Translations under genes and position numbers: made by a program
Source of the DNA: Pseudomonadota bacterium
GTDB lineage: Bacteria > Pseudomonadota > Gammaproteobacteria > Burkholderiales > Eutrophovitaceae
Direction of reading: 5' to 3'
NCBI GenBank assembly: GCA_027624715.1
Contig: JAQBTV010000001.1
Coordinates: forward strand, 75,752 to 139,751
Length of the DNA: 64,000 nucleotides
The notes under the pieces: model-generated
What the model saw: the letters and a program-made list of their open reading frames with translations, nothing else
The model's database searches: none
What the model was told of the DNA's origin: nothing
Shown here: piece by piece, positions 57,780 through 64,000 of the stretch
Position numbering within the stretch: position 1 is the first letter of the stretch
Layout of the letters: each line of letters starts with the position of its first letter

Positions 57780-58913
57780 TTAGTCCTTTGTATCAGGCAA
57801 ACTTTCAGGGAAAGCCGAGCGCTCTTCCATGCTTATAATTTTACCCTCTAAAAGTTTCAGTCGATCTCTCAAAGAAGACAGATCGCCTAGTTTTAATTGG
57901 ACGATTTCTAATTCATCGACCCTTCTCACCGCCGCACTTAAATCCTCTGCAGTCAGCCTCGAACTATCGTCGACTTTTTTTGTCTCACTTTCGAGTTTCA
58001 GTAGTTCAATCTGCAATAAGTAAGTATCTTTCGTAAGCTCTTCAAGTCGAGACCCGATATCATTTACTACGAACACCTTTCTATCTAACTCAAGGTCTTT
58101 TGCAGCAAGTATATCCAACCGATCCGAAAAGCTCTCAAGACTCAAAATTTGCGCTTCCAACTGCTCAACTCGGCTCAAATGAGTCAAGGCGTCTCTATTT
58201 GCCAATATCAACCTTTCGGAGTTGGCACTGATTTGTTCACTCAACTGTTGGATAAGAGTCTCAGCAACCTGAAAGCGCTGAAGTAATGATTGATTTGCCT
58301 CCTCAAGATGACGAATACGCGTGAGTAACTCTTCTTCCCTCAACGCAAACTCTGTCTTTTGAACATGCTGCGCACTAATGCTCTGTATCCTTGCCTCCAG
58401 CACATTGAGACGACTCGTTAGGCCTTCGATCTGCTGGGCAGTCGATACACCATCCTCTCGGATCTGAGCCTCCGCTTGATTCACTCGAGCCGCGGCATCA
58501 TCGAGATCTCGCCTAAACTGAAGCAATTGGCCGCCACGATTATCAAACTCGTTGCGCAATTGACTCAATGGATTGTTCAAAGAACTGTAGTGAGCCGCCA
58601 GATCACTTTTTATCTGTCCAATTTTTTCCGTAAGCTCTAAGGTTTTTTTAAAATTTTCATTTTGCACTTCACTAGTTTTTTGAAAATCTTCGTTGCGCTC
58701 AACTAAGCGAGCTGTGTTGGCTTTAGTAACTGCTATTTCGAGCTCTAGGAGACTTTGTTTTAGCTCGTCAACCTCATTTGTCAATTGGGACAAACTGGGT
58801 CTGACTTCTCGGACTTTTGTAGTGCTTTCGATTGGCGCAGTTCTATTTTGAGCATACGCAATCGTGACAGCCGTCATAATAAGGACCAGGGTAAATGTAA
58901 TTCTCATGGTCAT
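57780..58913 (-). CDS. secreted all-coiled-coil protein, unknown function
   Basis: 377 aa with a signal peptide (LIMTAVTIAYAQ), then heptad-rich Leu/Glu/Gln sequence almost end to end and no recognisable globular domain. Confidence 0.7.
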   Translation of the reverse strand: MTMRITFTLVLIMTAVTIAYAQNRTAPIESTTKVREVRPSLSQLTNEVDELKQSLLELEIAVTKANTARLVERNEDFQKTSEVQNENFKKTLELTEKIGQIKSDLAAHYSSLNNPLSQLRNEFDNRGGQLLQFRRDLDDAAARVNQAEAQIREDGVSTAQQIEGLTSRLNVLEARIQSISAQHVQKTEFALREEELLTRIRHLEEANQSLLQRFQVAETLIQQLSEQISANSERLILANRDALTHLSRVEQLEAQILSLESFSDRLDILAAKDLELDRKVFVVNDIGSRLEELTKDTYLLQIELLKLESETKKVDDSSRLTAEDLSAAVRRVDELEIVQLKLGDLSSLRDRLKLLEGKIISMEERSAFPESLPDTKD

Positions 58914-58952
58914 AGCTACTAACTTTACTTTAAAGAAATATGTTTCTCACAT

Positions 58953-58977
58953 AAAAAAGGGGCTTATAAACGCCCCC
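58953..58977 (-). terminator. rho-independent terminator after the Pal-like gene
   Basis: On the minus strand: GGGGC-gtttataa-GCCCC followed by TTTTTT (stems 58972-58976 and 58959-58963, T-run 58958-58953). Confidence 0.55.
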
Positions 58978-59004
58978 ATTTAGACCTATATAAAGTGCTC
59001 AAAA

Positions 59005-59784
59005 TCAATACACAAAGTCAGCCCTTCTATTTTGCTGCCAATTAGACTCATCGTGACCCAATTCCACAGGCTTTTCTGAACCAAAACTGGTGATCGTAAT
59101 TCGACGTCCCTGGACACCAAGCAGTTCTAGCGCAGCCTTAACTGCAAGCGCTCGTCTATTACCTAGGCCAATGTTATATTCTCGACTGCCCCGCTCGTCA
59201 CAATTTCCTTGGATTTCCACCTTAAGATCAGGGTTTGAACGAAGATACCCAGCATGGGATTGAATCACATCGTCAAACTTAGGAGCGATGAAACTGTTAT
59301 CAAAATCAAAGTATACGGAGCTGGTAGGCATTCCCATCGGTACGCTGTCGTTAACAACACCTTGCTCAGCCTGCGCAGCTTCTGCTCCCGCTTGTGCAGC
59401 TTCTGCTCCCGCTTGTGCAGCTTCTGCTCCCGCTTGTGCAGCTTCTGCTCCCGCTTTCGCCTTGAGTCTTTCCTGTTCTTGCGCAGCTGCAGATTGCGAT
59501 TTTGCAAGCTCTTCCGCCTCAAGCCTCATCTTTTCCTCAGCTAAGGATTGCGCCTCGCGAGCTTTATCCGCTTCCGCCTGGAGTCTTTCCCGTTCTTGCT
59601 TAGCTTTCAATAACTCCTGCTGAAGACGCTCTTGCTCAGCTTGAGATTGAGGTTGAATGTAATCGAAACTATCTGCGGACTCCTCAACAGTATCTCCAAT
59701 CTTTTTTGTTGTCTGACAAGAAACCAACGCTAAAATAAATAAACCCGCGAATAAAAGCCTAAAGAAATTGAGAAAAAAATTCAT
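59005..59784 (-). CDS. OmpA-C/Pal-like peptidoglycan-binding lipoprotein with a coiled-coil and repeat linker
   Basis: 259 aa with lipobox LALVSC, a Glu/Gln/Ala-rich helical region with AGAEAAQ x4, and a C-terminal Pal signature (GNCDERGSREYNIGLGNRRA...NRRADFVY). Confidence 0.85.
   Translation of the reverse strand: MNFFLNFFRLLFAGLFILALVSCQTTKKIGDTVEESADSFDYIQPQSQAEQERLQQELLKAKQERERLQAEADKAREAQSLAEEKMRLEAEELAKSQSAAAQEQERLKAKAGAEAAQAGAEAAQAGAEAAQAGAEAAQAEQGVVNDSVPMGMPTSSVYFDFDNSFIAPKFDDVIQSHAGYLRSNPDLKVEIQGNCDERGSREYNIGLGNRRALAVKAALELLGVQGRRITITSFGSEKPVELGHDESNWQQNRRADFVY
59375..59458. repeat. in-frame tandem repeat, 4 x 21 bp (GCAGCTTCTGCTCCCGCTTGT; last copy imperfect)
   Basis: Copies at 59375-59395, 59396-59416, 59417-59437 and 59438-59458. 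They encode AGAEAAQ heptads on the minus strand. Confidence 0.95.
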
Positions 59785-59989
59785 TTATCTATCCTAAAAA
59801 TTAAGAGCAAATGTTTATATTGGACGTTATGTTCTCATTCATCGAGCTAATAATAACATATTAAGCGAATGGCTATGATTGGAAATAGTAGGTTTTCTTT
59901 GTGTTTATAATGAGTGCTGCTCACTTGATCCGAGTACCTAAGATTAGGATGCCAAAAATTTTAAGATACATTGTCAGTAAGTTTGAACC

Positions 59990-60430
59990 ATGTCTAAAAC
60001 AAGTCCATTAAACCGTGACTACTTCTTCCATTTTCAAACCATACCAACGCGGTGGATGGATAACGATGTGTATCGACACATCAATAACGTAGTCTATTAC
60101 TCATTTTTCGATACCGCAGTTAATCAGTTCTTAATTGAGCAAAGTGTGCTTGATATTGAAAAAAGCACGATCATTGGCTTAGTTGTTGAAACGCAGTGTC
60201 AATATTTCTCTCCCATCACATTTCCGGATATCGTAACCAGTGGCATCCGGGTAGATAAGATTGGCAAAAGCTCCGTTCACTATTCTATTGGATTATTTCG
60301 CGAGAACAGCGACTTAGCGTCAGCCCAAGGCTCCTTCGTACATGTTTACGTTGATGCCATATCACGTCGACCCACCCCAATATCCAAAGAAATGCTAACG
60401 GCACTCAAACAAATATCGGCATCCGTTTAA
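59990..60430 (+). CDS. acyl-CoA thioesterase, 4HBT/YbgC-like
   Basis: 146 aa with TIPTRWMDNDVYRHINNVVYYSFFD, the 4HBT catalytic region. Confidence 0.8.
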   Translation: MSKTSPLNRDYFFHFQTIPTRWMDNDVYRHINNVVYYSFFDTAVNQFLIEQSVLDIEKSTIIGLVVETQCQYFSPITFPDIVTSGIRVDKIGKSSVHYSIGLFRENSDLASAQGSFVHVYVDAISRRPTPISKEMLTALKQISASV

Positions 60431-60534
60431 TAAAGTTATTGATACGTTTTGAAGATCTGCAATAATAAGTGCTTAATTGTTAAGATGTGCTAGGTCACCA
60501 AACAACCAAACGGGCAAACTTATAATTACGCACA

Positions 60535-62346
60535 ATGAACAATAATATTGGAAAATTTACTAGACTGACGTTAATCTCCCTCACGCTTTTGCTCTCAACA
60601 TCAAACGCTTGGGCTAATGATAATTGGGCCAACAGCCTTGAGCCAATATCTGAACTTGATTGGAACTATGCTAAGGCTCGCCACCTCATCGAACGCGCGG
60701 GCTTCGGCGATAGCCCCAAGAATATAGAAAGACTCGTCTTAATGGGTCCGAGAGCAGCGGTTCAAGAACTGCTTCACTTCGAAAACATTCCAAATGCGCT
60801 GCCTGAATTCGACCACTCGGGCATCCACGACCGCGGCATTGAACCCTTTCCGGCATCGAGGCCCGCAGCCACCGAACTCGCCAAAGAAACAGGTGAGGCC
60901 ATAGGAGTCAAGATCAAACCTAGCGGAAATAGGCGGCTCCAACCCGTAGTCGATCGTTTCTTTTATTGGCTACGGGCCAGCATGTTAGAAACTCGTCGTG
61001 TCGCCCATTGGTGGGCAAATCGCATGCTTCTTACCAAACGACCTCTAGAAGAAAAAATGGCACTCTTTTGGCATGGGCACTTTGCCACTAATGAAGAAAA
61101 AGTTCGTGATTATCGAAAACTACTGAATCAAAATCAGGTTTTCAGAGAATATGGAACGGCTAACTTTAAACAATTATTGATCGAAGTCTCTCAAGATCCG
61201 GCAATGCTTTCGTTCTTGGACGCCGGCGTTAATATTAAAGGCTCGCCAAACGAAAACTTTGCCCGCGAGATCATGGAGCTCTTCACCATGGGTGTGGGTC
61301 AGTACACCGAAGATGATATTCGAGAGGCCGCTCGCGCGTTCACCGGCTGGAATTATATTGATCTAGAATTTGTCGTAAACGCTGATAAACACGACTCATC
61401 CGATAAAACTTTCTTTGGGAATACAGGCGATTGGAATGGGTTAGACATAATCGATATGATTCTGGAGAAACCAGTTACTGCTGAATACATTTCTGGGAAA
61501 ATATATAAATTTTTTGTACGTGACAACCTTGATGCTAAGACTCAAAAAGAACTTGGGGCAGTTTTGCAAAACTCTGGGTATGAGATCAAACCATTACTAG
61601 AGAAAATATTCCTCTCTAAAGATTTTTATAGCCCAGCATCAATGGGTTCACATGTAAAATCCCCTGTTGAACTAGTCATTTCGACGTATAAAAAACTAGA
61701 GCTTGATGTTGTTCCTGGAGTTCCAGATTTTTACGACACGACCGAATCGCTTGGGCAAATTTTGCTGTTCCCACCCACTGTTGCCGGTTGGGCTGGCGGA
61801 CAAAGTTGGGTAACACCAGGCCTGCTGCTAGCAAGAGGAAATTTTGTGTACGATACTGTCTTTCCAAATATCGAATTCCTGCCAAGCGATCGATATCCAG
61901 ATAACTACCAAATTGGAGTTGTTGCAGAAAGGCTTGCAGCAGGTGCTGATATCGCAACCGCGACACAACCTGAGAAGGGCTACGCAACCTCAGCCTCAAA
62001 TAATATGGTAGACCGCGATGAAGAATTTAATACGCGCTTAGGTAGTTATCGCGGATGGAGAAATGCAATAGAAAAAGTAAAGCCCATTAGCAGAACGCCA
62101 GCCAGATTAAATTTAACGAAACTCGTTCTCGACGCCAATTGCCAAACATCAGAGGAAGCAATTAATTATTTGATCGGAAGATTTTTCTCGGTTTCTATAG
62201 ATCAGGGCACAAGACAGCAAATCGCTGACTTTCTCACGCAGCAACTCGGTACCAATAACATTCAGGAGGCGCAAACATTCTCAGAAGAAGCGCTACGAGA
62301 AACGTTTCATTTACTTCTATCTCTACCGGAATACCAACTCGGCTAA
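60535..62346 (+). CDS. DUF1800-family secreted protein
   Basis: 603 aa with a signal peptide and DUF1800-like motifs (HLIERAGFG, FWHGHFAT, MLSFLD, NENFAREIMELFTMG). Paired with DUF1501 as is usual. Confidence 0.75.
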   Translation: MNNNIGKFTRLTLISLTLLLSTSNAWANDNWANSLEPISELDWNYAKARHLIERAGFGDSPKNIERLVLMGPRAAVQELLHFENIPNALPEFDHSGIHDRGIEPFPASRPAATELAKETGEAIGVKIKPSGNRRLQPVVDRFFYWLRASMLETRRVAHWWANRMLLTKRPLEEKMALFWHGHFATNEEKVRDYRKLLNQNQVFREYGTANFKQLLIEVSQDPAMLSFLDAGVNIKGSPNENFAREIMELFTMGVGQYTEDDIREAARAFTGWNYIDLEFVVNADKHDSSDKTFFGNTGDWNGLDIIDMILEKPVTAEYISGKIYKFFVRDNLDAKTQKELGAVLQNSGYEIKPLLEKIFLSKDFYSPASMGSHVKSPVELVISTYKKLELDVVPGVPDFYDTTESLGQILLFPPTVAGWAGGQSWVTPGLLLARGNFVYDTVFPNIEFLPSDRYPDNYQIGVVAERLAAGADIATATQPEKGYATSASNNMVDRDEEFNTRLGSYRGWRNAIEKVKPISRTPARLNLTKLVLDANCQTSEEAINYLIGRFFSVSIDQGTRQQIADFLTQQLGTNNIQEAQTFSEEALRETFHLLLSLPEYQLG

Positions 62347-62359
62347 ATAAGGACCGTTA

Positions 62360-63583
62360 ATGAGTAAAAAATACCAATTTAAACGGAGAGACTTCCTCAA
62401 GCTTATGGGTGCAGGCGCAGCCACTAGCGGCCTGACCAGCCCATTTCTATCGCAACTCTCTCCGTTGGCTTTTGCGAGCGATAATCTGCTCAGCAAAAAA
62501 ATTCTTGTTGTACTAGAACTGTCAGGTGGGAATGATGGCTTAAATACGGTAGTCCCATATGGCGATGATGCGTACTACAGGCATCGGCCAACACTCGGGA
62601 TTAAACCAAATAAGGTCATAAAAATCGACGATCACTTTGGTTTTAACCCTGACATGTCAGGTATGGAAAGGCTATTCAAGAACGGGAAAATGGCCATATT
62701 CCATGGTTGCGGCTATGACCAGCCGTCTTATTCACACTTCACTTCAATGGCCTATTGGCAAACCGCAGCCCCCAATAGCGGAGAGTCCTTAGGCTGGGTT
62801 GGACGACTCGCTGACGCTCTAGACCCAACCATAACACCAAACTATCTGGTGAACGTAGATGCGACGCAATCATTAGCTGTTGTGGCTAAAAACCACGTGC
62901 CTGTTGTTTTTGATGACCCAAAGGAATTCGGTCGCAAAGGTTTATTCCAATCAAGACCACTATTGGATACCGATCGTACCGCTACCGAAGGAAGCACCTC
63001 AGCACAACGACGTCTATTGGACCTCGCCAAGAGCGCTAGACAAGCTTCGGAGAAAGTGAAATCCGCTTGGGAGAGCTACAAAACACCTGTCGATTATGGC
63101 ATCTCCCCGCTGGATCTCAATAAAATAGCCGCATTGATCAATGCAGATATGAATACGCGGCTCTACTACACTTCATTTAGAAACAATGCATTTGATACGC
63201 ATGTTCAACAACCAGACCTTCACCAACGTCTGTTAACTTACTTCTCAGATGCGGTTTCAGGATTTTTCACGGATATGGAGCGCATTGGACGCGCAGATGA
63301 CGTCGTTATGCTTGTGTTTTCTGAATTCGGCAGACGAGTTACGGAAAACACCAATTTGGGTACAGATCATGGCACCGCGAACAACATGTACCTCATCGGT
63401 AATGCAGTTAAAGGAGGGCATTATGGCGAACTACCCAGCCTGACTAACCTCAACGAGGGCAACATGCTTCACACCACCGACTTTAGACAAGTGTACGCAA
63501 CAGCCATCAGCGGATGGATGGGGCTAGACGCACATGAACAAGTGCTCAGATATCGCTTCGATGACTTTCCAGTATTCAGTTAA
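62360..63583 (+). CDS. DUF1501-family (sulfatase-fold-like) Tat-exported protein
   Basis: 407 aa with twin-arginine signal KRRDFLKLMGAGA and the motifs LSGGNDGLNTVVP and SEFGRR..EN...GTDHG. Confidence 0.82.
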   Translation: MSKKYQFKRRDFLKLMGAGAATSGLTSPFLSQLSPLAFASDNLLSKKILVVLELSGGNDGLNTVVPYGDDAYYRHRPTLGIKPNKVIKIDDHFGFNPDMSGMERLFKNGKMAIFHGCGYDQPSYSHFTSMAYWQTAAPNSGESLGWVGRLADALDPTITPNYLVNVDATQSLAVVAKNHVPVVFDDPKEFGRKGLFQSRPLLDTDRTATEGSTSAQRRLLDLAKSARQASEKVKSAWESYKTPVDYGISPLDLNKIAALINADMNTRLYYTSFRNNAFDTHVQQPDLHQRLLTYFSDAVSGFFTDMERIGRADDVVMLVFSEFGRRVTENTNLGTDHGTANNMYLIGNAVKGGHYGELPSLTNLNEGNMLHTTDFRQVYATAISGWMGLDAHEQVLRYRFDDFPVFS

Positions 63584-63630
63584 GCGCTAAAAAGAGAAAC
63601 AAATCGGTCAACATAGATCAATCACTACTT

Positions 63631-63912
63631 TCACACTGCTCTAGATGTAACCGAAAAAACCGGATCCGGATGTCTCAGTGCAACCAGCTGATCTAAAAAC
63701 CACTCATCATCCGCGTCAATTTGAGTAGCTAAGTCCCCATAATAATCTTTCCATTGCTCAAATGTTCTAAGACCACCAACCACCCTAGTCAAAATCGGAT
63801 TCGTTAAAACCCATGCCGCCGAAAATTGTCATGGAGTAACACTTTCCTCTTGAGCATAGCGAAGAAAGTCCTTAGCAAGCCTAATGGGCTCAGCACGAAA
63901 CTCAGTGTCCAT
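63631..63912 (-). pseudogene. aldo/keto reductase gene relic (C-terminal ~90 codons with internal TGA)
   Basis: Minus-strand frame reads ...LAKDFLRYAQEESVTP-TGA-QFSAAWVLTNPILTRVVGGLRTFEQWKDYYGDL..., the conserved AKR C-terminal region. No AKR N-terminal coding sequence lies upstream. Confidence 0.6.
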
Positions 63913-64000
63913 CAATCGTTACCTCTTAGATATTTAGCCTTTCATTAAAATCACCTTGATCTTATCTAATCTGTAGAATTAATGCCAAAATACACACATA

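Noticed and set aside
59254-59623. Plus-strand ORFs of 96 and 111 aa, and an 85-aa minus-strand alternate frame, with striking Cys/Ser/Ala or Lys/Arg repeats
   Set aside because: They are shadow frames of the 21-bp tandem repeat inside the Pal-like gene. The repetitiveness comes from the DNA repeat, and the Pal frame has clear family motifs.
63829-63831. In-frame TGA in the AKR-like frame as a selenocysteine codon
   Set aside because: The frame lacks the whole N-terminal half of the enzyme, the position is not a catalytic residue, and no SECIS-like hairpin follows. A relic is the simpler reading.

Overview
This is a 64-kb, densely packed chromosomal segment of a proteobacterium, judged from queA-tgt-yajC-secD-secF synteny, a Burkholderia-type QueE and marine-heterotroph-like gene content. 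I support about 60 protein genes, one intact tRNA-Leu(CAA), several intrinsic terminators and two short tandem repeats. I found no rRNA, CRISPR array, integrase, transposase or prophage genes. Gene blocks in order: (1) secDF/yajC/tgt/queA housekeeping. (2) A tRNA-Leu followed by an acyltransferase stump. (3) A large catabolic region at about 5.5-28.8 kb. It holds a 2-hydroxyacid dehydrogenase, an MhpD-like hydratase, glutaryl-CoA dehydrogenase and an IorAB-type molybdoenzyme with XdhC. It also holds a beta-oxidation operon with a PimC/PimD-like acyl-CoA dehydrogenase pair, MaoC hydratases, an HpaI-like aldolase and a translationally coupled ComB homologue, plus a beta-alanine/malonate-semialdehyde module. 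(4) Transporters and sulfur/redox genes: rhodanese, MFS, split ChrA, SLC13, a persulfide dioxygenase-rhodanese fusion and DsbD. (5) A queD-queE operon whose QueD is a three-module single chain. (6) Envelope and unknown-function genes: tandem secreted FGE-like paralogues, a Pal-like lipoprotein with an in-frame 21-bp repeat, a periplasmic coiled-coil protein and a DUF1800/DUF1501 pair. The best candidate for an undescribed system is a two-gene module at 53.4-55.5 kb. It pairs an HTH-WYL regulator, the only transcription factor I can find in the window, with a 325-aa protein I cannot place in any family. The two genes are separated by a perfect palindrome and lie next to a truncated tRNA gene. 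Several gene relics are also visible: a VOC pseudogene, an aldo/keto reductase (AKR) fragment, an acyltransferase stump, a tRNA stump and an amber-interrupted rhodanese. All functional calls rest on motif recognition by eye. No database search was run.
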